Assembly: GCA_028283345.1 (NCBI GenBank)
Contig: JAPOGE010000001.1
Span: forward strand, 1-56,216
DNA length: 56,216 bases
Direction: 5' to 3'
Source: Candidatus Poseidoniales archaeon
GTDB taxonomy: Archaea > Thermoplasmatota > Poseidoniia > Poseidoniales > Poseidoniaceae
Part shown: positions 1 to 8,774 of the stretch, piece after piece
Position numbering within the stretch: the first letter of the stretch is position 1
Layout: each line of letters begins with the position of its first letter
Notes under the pieces: generated by a model
Seen by the model: the letters and a program-made list of their open reading frames with translations, nothing else
Told to the model about the DNA's origin: nothing
Databases searched by the model: none
Program-made: the position numbers and the translations under genes

Positions 1-60
1 TGTCCGCATCGGTGTCCGCATCGGTGTCCGCATCGGTGTCCGCATCGGTGTCCGCATCGG
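1..60. repeat. Perfect 12-bp tandem repeat (tgtccgcatcgg x5), truncated by the window edge; encodes (DADT)n on the minus strand
   Basis: Direct reading of the first 60 nt shows five identical 12-mers, in frame with the CDS at 1-2332. Confidence 0.95.
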
Positions 61-2332
61 CGCCATCATCGGCGCTGGCGGCGGCATTGTTTATGCGCAT
101 TATCAGAATATCCAGTTCGGGCAGGTCAATCTTGCCGTCACCGGAGAGGTCGACTGATTGCATCAGTGAGTCGACATCCCAGGGCGCCAGATCAGCGATC
201 TCCATCGCCGCCAATCCTTCACGGAACTCAAAACTGTCGAGAACCAGGTCCTTGTTCAGATCCATCTCGCTGAAAATCTCAAAGATGGTCTTGTCGCTCT
301 CGGCCAGATAGGCGGCGAACTTGACAAGTTCAGGGGCAAACTCTTCATCGGCTGGCGCGGATACCTGTGCCACCGTGGAGACCGGGGTGGCCTCTTGGGT
401 TCCGGCAGCACCGTCCCCACCAACATCGGAGCCAGCGGTAGCATTGTGAATACGTATCAACAGGATATCCAATTCGGGAAGATCGATATTTCCGTCTCCG
501 GAAATGTCGAATGAATTGAGCAGGACCTCCGCCTCCTCGTGGGAGAGTTCGGCAATCCCCATTTCAGACATTCCGATGCGGAACTCGGCTGAGTCGATGA
601 CCTGATCTTGGTTGGTATCCATCTCGTTGAATACTTCAAAGACATCCTTGCCGCTCTCGGAAAGATAAGCGGCGAACTTGATTAGTTCAGGGGCGAATTC
701 ATCACCGCTGGGTGCGGCCACCGCGGTTGTGGCTACTGGATCCTCGCCGCCGACGATGATTTCACTATCTATTCCCAATCCCTGGCCGAGCAGTTGGCGA
801 ATCGTGGTCGTGCCGGCCACCAATCGAAATCCGGCCTGAGCACCGCCCCCGGCAAAGGCATCGACATCATCGGACGGGGTGCCCGAAAATACGGTCTCGG
901 TGGCATTGTGCATGGCGATGAATATCCCCATCACCGAGCCGTACAGGAATACCGATGCAGTCAAGCGGAAGCCTGCGACCGAACCTTCAGCACCGGCATC
1001 GTTCAGAGCCATCTGGGCGAAATCGCCCATCAGGCTGGTAATGGTCCAACCCAATCCACCCAACAGGACCAGCCAGAAGGCCCAGCGTGCCTTGGAACGG
1101 CTGGAGAGTTCCCGACCGACGGTGAGAGGCAGAATCTGTGTGAGTGCCGCAACTACCAGCAGTCCTCCGATGACCCAATAGAACCCTTGATTTACGGTGG
1201 TGTGTACCTCACCCAATGAGCCGATACCGGCGAAGGTGTCGAGGGCGGTGAAGTAAGCGCCGATGGCAAATATCGGCAATAGCAGAGCAACCGCGGCCGA
1301 GCAGGCGGCGGCAGGTTCCTCGACCAGACAATCCCAGCGACCCTTCAAAGTGGTGATGGTATTGGTCGAGGCCGCCAGCAGGGGGAATAATCCAATCGTG
1401 ATTCCAACCGCACCGATTGTCACCCACAGTCCGCTGGCACTGCTCGAAGCACTGACCGCAAACGGGGTGATAGAGGCGAATAGCAGCAGCATTGCCATCG
1501 ATAGATTACGGCTCCAGATCGGTGCTCCGCTGGCCTTGGCGACACTGTATGTCATCACCGCCAATACCAGGGAAAGAGGGAACCATCCGGAAACCACGGT
1601 GGAAGAAATCCATTCCAATTGGGAATTGGAGGTAAAATGCCCGAAGGCATTTGCCAACAATCCCCAGACCAGTGCGGTATGACCGAGAATCAGCATCCAC
1701 GATGGTATCTCAATCGGTTGACCCTCAGCGCGGTCGCCCAAGGTCAACAGATGGTTGAGCAGTACGGCACCAGCCAACGCTGCAAAGATGATATTGAACA
1801 GGGTCTGTTCAAATCGGCCGACCTCGATGAAGATTGAAATCAGAATATTCACCAGAATCAAACCCGACCATGCGAACGCGACCAGTGTTGCATTGGCCTC
1901 GCTGGCCAGGGCGGCACCGGCCGCACGGCTCTGAATCACCAACCCGGCGCCGATGAGCACCATACCGAATCCACCCCATACCAGCACCATGTCGGTGACC
2001 TGCGCCAGCGCCTCTGCGTTGTACGACCAGCCGACACTGGCGAGGGAATCCAAGGCGGTGGGGTCGTATCTCAGCCAGGTCTGCAGGAATCCGAAGGTGG
2101 CGGCGATACAGAACCACAGGCCGCCGAGCATCATCCAGTTGCGGGCGCCCTTGCCCTCGCCCTTATCGAACAGGTCGACCAGTCCAACCGGTGCCTTGTC
2201 GAGCAGGAAGATGGCGAGTTGGCGCAGAGATTCGCTCATATTTCCCAGACCTCGGTTGGTGAAATAGGCCACCAAGACCATGGAAATCACCAGAGCGAGA
2301 ATGATGAAAGCGATATTACCGAGCACCATCAT
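1..2332 (-). CDS. Polytopic membrane protein with two C-terminal EF-hand pairs and a (DADT)n tail; C-terminus runs off the left edge of the window
   Basis: Absent from the supplied ORF track because there is no stop inside the window. Reading the minus strand from the ATG at 2332-2330 (GAGGTG immediately upstream, 4 nt after the stop of the preceding gene) I see no stop down to position 1, about 777 codons. The product starts MMVLGNIAFIILALVISMVLVAY and has more than 10 hydrophobic helices. Two duplicated modules of about 90 aa follow, with loops DTNQDQVIDSAE, DISGDGNIDLPE, DLNKDLVLDSFE and DLSGDGKIDLPE, and then DADT repeats. The frame is consistent at both ends: (2332-58) is divisible by 3. 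The plus-strand ORFs at 794-2267 are antisense shadows. Confidence 0.8.
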   Translation of the reverse strand, partial: MMVLGNIAFIILALVISMVLVAYFTNRGLGNMSESLRQLAIFLLDKAPVGLVDLFDKGEGKGARNWMMLGGLWFCIAATFGFLQTWLRYDPTALDSLASVGWSYNAEALAQVTDMVLVWGGFGMVLIGAGLVIQSRAAGAALASEANATLVAFAWSGLILVNILISIFIEVGRFEQTLFNIIFAALAGAVLLNHLLTLGDRAEGQPIEIPSWMLILGHTALVWGLLANAFGHFTSNSQLEWISSTVVSGWFPLSLVLAVMTYSVAKASGAPIWSRNLSMAMLLLFASITPFAVSASSSASGLWVTIGAVGITIGLFPLLAASTNTITTLKGRWDCLVEEPAAACSAAVALLLPIFAIGAYFTALDTFAGIGSLGEVHTTVNQGFYWVIGGLLVVAALTQILPLTVGRELSSRSKARWAFWLVLLGGLGWTITSLMGDFAQMALNDAGAEGSVAGFRLTASVFLYGSVMGIFIAMHNATETVFSGTPSDDVDAFAGGGAQAGFRLVAGTTTIRQLLGQGLGIDSEIIVGGEDPVATTAVAAPSGDEFAPELIKFAAYLSESGKDVFEVFNEMDTNQDQVIDSAEFRIGMSEMGIAELSHEEAEVLLNSFDISGDGNIDLPELDILLIRIHNATAGSDVGGDGAAGTQEATPVSTVAQVSAPADEEFAPELVKFAAYLAESDKTIFEIFSEMDLNKDLVLDSFEFREGLAAMEIADLAPWDVDSLMQSVDLSGDGKIDLPELDILIMRINNAAASADDGADADTDADTDADTDADTDAD

Positions 2333-2336
2333 CACC

Positions 2337-2606
2337 TCAATCCGCTAGGACCTCCGCCAATATCTTAGCAAATAACAGCGCAAATGCGACCAGAATACCA
2401 AGTATGTAGTACCAGATCCCACCACTTCCAAGGGCATCGAACAGCGGAATCAACTCGCTGATGACCGGGAAGTTATCCCATCCGAAGACCACCGTGAACA
2501 GCCCCATCAAACCGAGTAGACCAACACCGATTATCGTCAACACAACCCGAGATTCCTCGGGCTCCGCCACACCTTGGGTCACATCTGGTAATCCTGCCTC
2601 ACTCAT
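2337..2606 (-). CDS. Small (89 aa) two-helix membrane protein, function unknown
   Basis: ORF with two hydrophobic segments (VVLTIIGVGLLGLMGLFTVVFGW; IWYYILGILVAFALLFAKIL). Its stop lies 4 nt before the start of the EF-hand membrane gene, suggesting co-translation. Confidence 0.6.
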   Translation of the reverse strand: MSEAGLPDVTQGVAEPEESRVVLTIIGVGLLGLMGLFTVVFGWDNFPVISELIPLFDALGSGGIWYYILGILVAFALLFAKILAEVLAD

Positions 2607-2741
2607 AACTTCACATCATGACCCCTCTGGGGTCATCCCGGCTAGCCTTGGAATAGTCATAAACATTCACCGAGCATCTCATCGGAAACCTAGCCCCACA
2701 TAATCACAACTGAGGCGCCAAAGGGTTGCACCAACTACATC

Positions 2742-3884
2742 TCAAGGCGAGCGCAGACGTTCCATCATCGGGCCACGGCGTCGCTGGCCGACGCCGAGGG
2801 GGGAGGGGACGACCAGATCCAGTGCAACCTCGTTCTCCCATATCCTGCGGCAGGTGCAATCCAGTCCACCAAATTCCAACAGGTCGCCGCTGACCGAATA
2901 TCGCTCGATTGCCGCCGCTACCTCGCGGTCGCACTCACCACAATTATGCGAACCTCGCACCTTCCCAGCCGCGGTCGGGTGAATCAGCAGGCGGCTGATC
3001 TGCTCACCATCACCATTCTTTCCACCATTGGGATGGATGAAGGGGTGTGCCCGCTCTATCAGTTCGACCAGAGACCATAACCATGGTGGGCGGTAATCTC
3101 CGGCGCGAAACAGTCTGTCGATGACGGTGCCACGCTGAATGTTCATCGGATTGATGGAAATCTCATCGCTCAATTCGGCGATCCCCTCAATCCAGCGCAC
3201 GGTATGGACCAGTGAGTCACCTTCACTCATGAACGGTGGTTTGAACATTAGATAGGTCTTGATGCGCAATCCGGCATTCTGTAGATTCTCGACCGCACGA
3301 TACCAAGACTTTACGGTGAATCCCTTGTTGATGTGGAAGCGCAGCACCTCCTCGTCGAGCGCCTCGAGGCCGATGGCGACGGTGAACTTGGGATTGATGG
3401 CCGTCGCCCACGCCAACTTCTCTTCGCTACACTGCTCGGTACGGCTCTCGATTACCAATTCCTTACCCAATTCATGGCAATCTCGCAGGACGGTCTCCTG
3501 AAAGTCGAGGGGGATTTCACGGTCTTCCAGCAAAGAGCCCGAGGTGTAGACCTTGACCATCCCATGTTCGGCGAAATCGGCGAATTTCTCGCGGGCGAAA
3601 GCCCATTGTGCGTGGAGGTCCGATGAGGTGACATCATCGCGGGTATCGTTGAAGTAACCACAGAAGGTACAGCCCGACGACCACCACCAATGGCAACCCT
3701 TGGTGCGCAGAATAATCGTCACCGCTGAGGTCAGGGTGCCGTCCGATAGCATCTCGGGAGTGTGGTAGACGGTGGCCGGGCGCTCACCGCTCCACGCGTG
3801 TTTCTTCTTCTGTGCCCATTCAGTATTCTCAGGGGCTTTGATGAGGTCGTGCAGGCGCTTTGGTTTGGCCTGGCTATCGGCCAT
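2742..3884 (-). CDS. Radical SAM protein, Elp3-like / TIGR01210-type (possibly the archaeosine-pathway enzyme RaSEA)
   Basis: Cys motif TKGCHWWWSSGCTFCGY (C-x7-C-x2-C) in a TIM-barrel-like context, plus a C-terminal CGECD. The 456-aa track ORF (to 4112) overlaps the upstream psd gene, so I place the start at the ATG at 3884 (MADSQAKPKRL). The ATG at 3959 is an alternative. The RaSEA assignment is from memory of the family and is not verified. Confidence 0.75.
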   Translation of the reverse strand: MADSQAKPKRLHDLIKAPENTEWAQKKKHAWSGERPATVYHTPEMLSDGTLTSAVTIILRTKGCHWWWSSGCTFCGYFNDTRDDVTSSDLHAQWAFAREKFADFAEHGMVKVYTSGSLLEDREIPLDFQETVLRDCHELGKELVIESRTEQCSEEKLAWATAINPKFTVAIGLEALDEEVLRFHINKGFTVKSWYRAVENLQNAGLRIKTYLMFKPPFMSEGDSLVHTVRWIEGIAELSDEISINPMNIQRGTVIDRLFRAGDYRPPWLWSLVELIERAHPFIHPNGGKNGDGEQISRLLIHPTAAGKVRGSHNCGECDREVAAAIERYSVSGDLLEFGGLDCTCRRIWENEVALDLVVPSPLGVGQRRRGPMMERLRSP

Positions 3885-4023
3885 GGTCAAGCGAATCCCA
3901 CCGGTCAAGCCAACTCCTCCAGTAACCACGGGTGGTCGTGCCGTCAAGAACTTATTCATTCCAACCGAGGAGGAATTTGATGCCAAGCACCATTGCAAAT
4001 CCCCGATGCCTGTCGATGGTCTG

Positions 4024-4896
4024 TTACTGCTCGTCAAGCGGCTTGAACAGAATCGTCTTTCCGGCATAGACGTACTCACCCTTGGGGAAGTTCTCATCCC
4101 CGGATTCTGCACCGACCACCATCGGAGTGAATCGCCCGGCCGGGGCGCGGGTATCGACGCGACTACCGAGGCGTATCATGCCATATCTCTGACCGCGCCG
4201 CAATTCCATTCCGCTTTGTGACCACGGCACGATGGTGCGAGCCAGGGCGCCGGAAATCTGCGTCACCTCAATCGCAATGCCAGCCTCGTGACCACCTTGG
4301 CCGGTGGCGCAAAATACCGTACGGACGCGTTCATTGAATTCGGATTCCTTACCGAAGGCCGGAAGGAATGGGCCGCGCCGGCGACCCTTGCCGGTGCGGT
4401 GCTCCATGTGGGTGATGGTGCTGGCGAGTGGGGCTCGATTCACATGCACATCGAGCGGTGACATGAAAACCGCGATTCGCCACACATCATCAGCCCCTTC
4501 TTCTCCGGCTGGGACTCGCTCCCAGAGCTGTTCGGTGGCAAAACTCATTGGCTCATCGAGGACTTTGGCGAGCCAGTCTCCGGTATGCTCGTCGCTCTCC
4601 AAATCATCTGACTCCATCTCGGCCTTGCTCGGTCGTCGCCCGATGGCACGCTCGCGCACGACGAACATGACATGGCCATCGGCACTGGCGACCAGAACCC
4701 CTGCATCGCTGGGAATCACCCGGTCGGGGTCGCGAAAGAAGTTTGCCAGGAAAGCCGACAGCATCAGCAGAGATACACCGACCAAGGTGACCAGATGACC
4801 CAATGGATGAACGAAAACTGCAACATACAGGGTTGCAATCCCCATCAATGCGGTGGTATAGACCGGGGTCTTGCCACCGGGTGCCAGCAGGGACAT
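4024..4896 (-). CDS. psd: Phosphatidylserine (archaetidylserine) decarboxylase proenzyme family protein
   Basis: N-terminal TM helices, a conserved C-terminal YGMIRLGSRVD motif (GS self-cleavage site region) and an FMSPLDVHVNRAP block. Start trimmed to the ATG at 4896 (MSLLAPGG) to avoid overlap with the upstream gene. Carries an acidic insertion of about 50 aa. Confidence 0.75.
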   Translation of the reverse strand: MSLLAPGGKTPVYTTALMGIATLYVAVFVHPLGHLVTLVGVSLLMLSAFLANFFRDPDRVIPSDAGVLVASADGHVMFVVRERAIGRRPSKAEMESDDLESDEHTGDWLAKVLDEPMSFATEQLWERVPAGEEGADDVWRIAVFMSPLDVHVNRAPLASTITHMEHRTGKGRRRGPFLPAFGKESEFNERVRTVFCATGQGGHEAGIAIEVTQISGALARTIVPWSQSGMELRRGQRYGMIRLGSRVDTRAPAGRFTPMVVGAESGDENFPKGEYVYAGKTILFKPLDEQ

Positions 4897-4904
4897 CCCC
4901 AGCC

Positions 4905-5792
4905 TCACGATTCTTGTTCGGCCCAAGGGTCGACATCATCGCCCCAGTCAGCCGCCGGGGCTGGCTTTGGGTCGGATTCCTCGGCAGGGGTTTCCTCGGC
5001 GGATTCCTCGGCGGATTCCTCGGCGGATTCCTCGGCGACCTCTTCTTCGGCGGGGGTATCGTCACCGCTTGATTCCTTGGCAGGCTCTTCATTGTCCTCG
5101 GCTGGGGCTGACTCCTCTTCAGCAGACTCGGCTTCGTCAGTTTCCTCAGGTGAAGAATGGATTGACTTGGCTTCATCGATGGTCATCTCGGCAGCTCTGG
5201 CGGTGACCATCTCGGTCATCCGCTCCTCGATTGCCCTCTGCATGTGTTGCGACTTACGCTCGGCCTCGACCGCTTTCTCAATCAGTTCATAGCGCTCTTT
5301 GATGGCCTTGTTCAAATCCTCGAACAACGCCATGTGGGAAACGTACCAATCGTCGCGTGCCTTCATCTCTGAGACCGCCAGACGCAGGTCGTTATCGAGT
5401 TCTTCGGTGATGTTGAAGACCTTGCCAAGGCGCTCTTTTTCACGGGTGAATTTCTCTTCCATCTTCTGCAGTTCTGGCTCTAGGAAGTCTACCTGTTTGC
5501 TCGACTTAGCGGCGCGAAGTTCCAATTCTCGCAAGCGATGATCCTTCTCGTCGAGCAGACCCTCAAGTCCTTCCTTCTCGATTTCTCGCTCGACAATCTC
5601 CTTTTCGAGAACTTCAATCTCAGCCTTGAGGTTGACACTTTCCTTTTCTTGAATCTCGTACGCGTTGTACAGTGTCAGCAAACGTTCCGACTCTTCACTC
5701 AGTCGTTCATTACACTCCTTGAGTTGAACCTCCGCGGTAATCGTCCCACCATCTTCGTCGCCCATCAAATCAACTCTGAGCCTACGGCTCAT
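4905..5792 (-). CDS. Coiled-coil protein with acidic low-complexity C-terminal tail, function unknown
   Basis: 295-aa ORF rich in heptad-like E/K/L segments (EIEVLEKEIVEREIEKEGLEGLLDEKDHRLRELELR). The tail is EEVAEESAEESAEESAEETPAEE. Confidence 0.65.
   Translation of the reverse strand: MSRRLRVDLMGDEDGGTITAEVQLKECNERLSEESERLLTLYNAYEIQEKESVNLKAEIEVLEKEIVEREIEKEGLEGLLDEKDHRLRELELRAAKSSKQVDFLEPELQKMEEKFTREKERLGKVFNITEELDNDLRLAVSEMKARDDWYVSHMALFEDLNKAIKERYELIEKAVEAERKSQHMQRAIEERMTEMVTARAAEMTIDEAKSIHSSPEETDEAESAEEESAPAEDNEEPAKESSGDDTPAEEEVAEESAEESAEESAEETPAEESDPKPAPAADWGDDVDPWAEQES
4974..5036. repeat. 12-bp tandem repeat (ggattcctcggc), three perfect copies at 5001-5036 plus degenerate flanking copies; encodes (AEES)n
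   Basis: Direct reading; in frame inside the CDS at 4905-5792. Confidence 0.9.
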
Positions 5793-5943
5793 AAATTACG
5801 ACCCTGTGCGCTGTTATGAAGTCGACGCCTCGCAGGTCGTGCACAGGCCACTCTATCATAGGCCAAGCCTGGATTCAAATCATAGTTACCTCAGTTGAGC
5901 GGAAGTCCCAAAAGACACACACCCGAGCCAGTGACCGACTATC

Positions 5944-6411
5944 ATGGCGAAAGTGCACATTTTGGTCGGCAAGAATTTTCCGGATTTCAATCTCGACACC
6001 TCACTCGGCCAACCCTTGTCTAAGGATGACCTGCTCGGCAAGTGGTCGGTCTTCTACTTCTACCCCAAGGACGACAGCCCCGGTTGCACGGTGCAATCCT
6101 GTCGTTTTCGAGATGATTACTCGGAGTATGAAAAAATGGGGGTCCAGATGATTGGAGTGTCCTCTGACAGTGTCAATTCACACCAGAGATTTGCCGAAAA
6201 AAACCGCTTGCCCTTCGCCCTTCTCGCCGATGCGAAAGGCCACCTCCGTGCCGAGTTGAAAATACCCAAAACCATGGGTTTACTGCCCGGGCGTGCTACC
6301 TTCATCGTCGATGGTGTGGGCATCATCCGCATGGTCTACAATTCACAATTGCGCTTCAAACAGCATTCCAAAGTGGCGCTGGATTTTCTGCGCGAAAACT
6401 TCTCACCTTAG
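5944..6411 (+). CDS. bcp: Thiol peroxidase / peroxiredoxin Bcp (PrxQ type)
   Basis: WSVFYFYPKDDSPGCTVQSC contains the PxDxTPGCT-like peroxidatic Cys motif with a resolving Cys 5 residues later. The length of 155 aa is typical. Confidence 0.9.
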   Translation: MAKVHILVGKNFPDFNLDTSLGQPLSKDDLLGKWSVFYFYPKDDSPGCTVQSCRFRDDYSEYEKMGVQMIGVSSDSVNSHQRFAEKNRLPFALLADAKGHLRAELKIPKTMGLLPGRATFIVDGVGIIRMVYNSQLRFKQHSKVALDFLRENFSP

Positions 6412-6465
6412 CCGCCTAGCCGGATTGATTTACGCCGTTAAAAGGGTGAATTAGCCGGCTGAAAG

Positions 6466-6475
6466 TTTTTTTATC
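6466..6475 (+). promoter_or_regulatory. TATA-like box (tttttttatc) about 27 nt upstream of the ATG at 6497
   Basis: An AT-rich octamer at the spacing expected for an archaeal leaderless transcript. The same spacing is seen at three other genes in this window. Confidence 0.35.
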
Positions 6476-6496
6476 AAGGTCAGAAATAACATACCG

Positions 6497-6859
6497 ATGC
6501 AAACCTCCTCGCCAAATCCAGTTTCACCCACTGCCCCAACGATGAACCCGCAATACCAAGGTAGGGGTGCGGTCGAGCAGGTCGGTTCAGAGGTGCTTGA
6601 CGATGCTGAAAAGATTGCCAGCAAAATTCTGGAGGCGCAAGTTTGTGTGATATTGGCTGTTCCTACAGGAATTTTTCTCCTCGGTTTCGGGATTTACGAA
6701 CTCATCGTCGATTTTTGTTTGAATGTGGATACTTCAAGTCTTGAGACTATAATCCCCTTATCGTCATCGGATTGGTTGTCTTGGGTGCCGGATTACGGTT
6801 CGGCAAGGAGGGTGTCTCCCTCTATGTGTCGCCTTCAGGGGTTTTCATCCGCACCTTGA
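6497..6859 (+). CDS. Hypothetical membrane protein (one TM); possibly the 5' part of a frameshifted gene
   Basis: 120-aa ORF with TM VCVILAVPTGIFLLGFGIYELIV. The last 35 aa or so look non-protein-like and overlap the next ORF in another frame. Confidence 0.4.
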   Translation: MQTSSPNPVSPTAPTMNPQYQGRGAVEQVGSEVLDDAEKIASKILEAQVCVILAVPTGIFLLGFGIYELIVDFCLNVDTSSLETIIPLSSSDWLSWVPDYGSARRVSPSMCRLQGFSSAP

Positions 6860-7044
6860 AATATGGATTTTTCAGTGAGAAGGTAATCAAAGTGAATCAG
6901 AGAACGGTGGTCGGAATTGAAGACCAGCATGGCATTACCCTGTTCTATTCCTCGGTATCTGGAGATATGACTCGAATCGAGGCTGGCTTGAATGAAAAAC
7001 GCCACGAGGAAATCATGGAAAAAATCCGCGCCGCCAGCCAATAA
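6772..7044 (+). CDS. Hypothetical protein with a TM helix plus a PH-like beta domain; possibly the 3' part of a frameshifted gene
   Basis: This frame is open from 6745 (DYNPLIVIGLVVLGAGLRFGKEGVSLYVSPSGVFIRT...). The track start at 6772 is TTG. Confidence 0.45.
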   Translation: MVVLGAGLRFGKEGVSLYVSPSGVFIRTLKYGFFSEKVIKVNQRTVVGIEDQHGITLFYSSVSGDMTRIEAGLNEKRHEEIMEKIRAASQ

Positions 7045-7138
7045 TACCCCGAGAACCTCTTATCCGAAGGGGCCGTACCAGTATTTGTTTCGTAATGGCC
7101 CTCCACCCTCACACAGGCAGGGAAGAAGGTCATAGCCG

Positions 7139-7849
7139 ATGAGCCACCGGGAGAGCAACATGCCTACAGAAAAACGACCGGGGGGTAGTTCGACCTCTCG
7201 CTCATCTTCCGCGCCATCCGAAAAGTCTCCGGCTTCTCCGCAGATATCCCCTCTGGTGGCCTTGGCTATTGGGGTTGTGCTCGGGCTGGCGACTTTTTCA
7301 ATGATTGACATTATGTCTTCGGACCCGGCACCGGTTGGATTGGTCGACCTCGACCAAGATGGGGTTCAGGACAGCCATGACCTCGAGCCCGAGGGCAATG
7401 CGAGAATGCGCTTTACCCTGGTCAGCCTTGCACATCTGAATCTCAGCGAGAACACCTCGTTCAACCTGACCATCTGGTATGATGGCAATGGCGACCCCAG
7501 CGGCAATGCCGACGGTCAGTCTTGCACTCTCCTGTTCCCCGGCGCGGTGAATACCTCGATTTCTCGCCCCAGCCAAGGTTGTACCTTCGAGACCAGCGAT
7601 TGGACCATGCTCTCGGTCGGCTTTGGCTACCAGTTGACCAGTTCACAGGTCGGTGACGGCAATATCACCCTGATTCATCATTGGGATATATTCCCCGGGA
7701 ACTCCAGTGATACCTCGGGCTACAACTCCAGCGTCGATCCATGGAAGTTGCACCAGGGCCAGACCATCGTGCTCGATGGGATGGGAGATGGCGATGGTAA
7801 TCCCCGCAATGCGGTGCTCACCTTGGTCACCGCCGCCGACGACAACTGA
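7139..7849 (+). CDS. Membrane-anchored extracellular protein, function unknown
   Basis: S/P-rich N-terminus, then one TM (ISPLVALAIGVVLGLATFSMI), then a TSP3-like DLDQDGVQDSHD motif and N-x-S/T sequons. Confidence 0.6.
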   Translation: MSHRESNMPTEKRPGGSSTSRSSSAPSEKSPASPQISPLVALAIGVVLGLATFSMIDIMSSDPAPVGLVDLDQDGVQDSHDLEPEGNARMRFTLVSLAHLNLSENTSFNLTIWYDGNGDPSGNADGQSCTLLFPGAVNTSISRPSQGCTFETSDWTMLSVGFGYQLTSSQVGDGNITLIHHWDIFPGNSSDTSGYNSSVDPWKLHQGQTIVLDGMGDGDGNPRNAVLTLVTAADDN

Positions 7850-7942
7850 TTTTTCCTCTCTCTACCCGCCCCTCTTTACGGTTCTTATCTTTGGTGGAAA
7901 ACAGGGGAAAGAACCAACCTCAAGGCCTGCTCTGGCAATGAT

Positions 7943-8659
7943 ATGGTTGTAGATGAATTAGCCACCATCTCGGTATTGGGTTTTGCCGACCCAGTCAGCA
8001 GTTGGACGCATCTGGCCGGGGCGACGCTGGCGCTGATTCTAGGGCTTCGCTTCATCACCAGATTCCGCGGCTCTAATCTCCACCGCTCGGGACTGGTGAT
8101 TTTCGTCCTCGCCACCGTCTTCCTGCTGTCGATGAGTGGGGTCTATCACCTGCTCTCACACGGTAGTTCGGGCCGCTACGTATTGCAACATCTCGACCAT
8201 GCGGCGATATGGGTGATGATTGCCGGCACTTTCACTCCAATTCATCTAATGCTATTCAAGGGTTGGAAACGGTGGGCTATCCTGGCCTTTATCTGGACCG
8301 CTGCCATCACTGGTCTGGTGCTCAAGACCGTGTTCTTCGATGGTTTTCCGGAATGGTTGGGATTGATTCTCTATCTCGGCATGGGTTGGGCCGGTCTGTT
8401 CTCCGGGATATTGCTGGCTCGTGAATATGGTCTGGGATTCGTTCGTCTGCTCACCTACGGCGGTATCTCCTACAGTGTGGGGGCAATTCTTGAATTCATC
8501 CGGGCGCCAACCATCTTCCCCGGAATCATCGGTGCGCATGAGTTATTCCATTTCGCCATCATCATCGCCATCGTCTGCCACTGGCGCTTTATCGAGGTGG
8601 TGGTTCTGGAGGTTTCACAGCCCATGGGTGAAAGCACAAAATCGTATGAAAGCGAGTGA
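7943..8659 (+). CDS. Hemolysin III / PAQR family membrane protein
   Basis: Seven predicted TMs and the family motifs HLLSH...LDHAAIWVMIAGTFTP and a C-terminal HELFHFAII. Confidence 0.8.
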   Translation: MVVDELATISVLGFADPVSSWTHLAGATLALILGLRFITRFRGSNLHRSGLVIFVLATVFLLSMSGVYHLLSHGSSGRYVLQHLDHAAIWVMIAGTFTPIHLMLFKGWKRWAILAFIWTAAITGLVLKTVFFDGFPEWLGLILYLGMGWAGLFSGILLAREYGLGFVRLLTYGGISYSVGAILEFIRAPTIFPGIIGAHELFHFAIIIAIVCHWRFIEVVVLEVSQPMGESTKSYESE

Positions 8660-8740
8660 TTATTATCGGGTCATGAATCATTTCCTCGCCTATGGCTTGG
8701 TATGGACTTTCCCCATTGCCGCCTTAGTTTGAAATGACGA

Positions 8741-8751
8741 TTATTTAGATA
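8741..8751 (+). promoter_or_regulatory. TATA-like box (ttatttagata) about 29 nt upstream of the ATG at 8775
   Basis: Position and composition; followed by a purine-rich aggggga. Confidence 0.35.
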
Positions 8752-8774
8752 GGGGATGAATACAGGGGGATTTC

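Noticed and set aside
794-2267. Plus-strand ORFs of 100-141 aa (794-1219, 879-1181, 1263-1682, 1953-2267, etc.).
   Set aside because: They lie antisense to a continuous 2.3-kb minus-strand reading frame with clear TM and EF-hand content. Their own translations are Arg/Ser/Pro/Gly-rich with no motifs, so they are shadow ORFs typical of high-GC coding DNA.
2742-4112. Full 456-aa version of the radical SAM ORF.
   Set aside because: The first 76 codons overlap the psd gene's 3' end in another frame and translate to a Ser/Arg/Pro-rich non-protein-like sequence. An internal ATG (3884, or 3959) is more plausible.
4604-5292. 190-aa minus-strand and 206-aa plus-strand ORFs spanning the psd / coiled-coil junction (Pro/Arg-rich and Ser/Ala-rich products).
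   Set aside because: These are alternative frames of the (AEES)n repeat and acidic tail DNA. They conflict with two well-supported genes.
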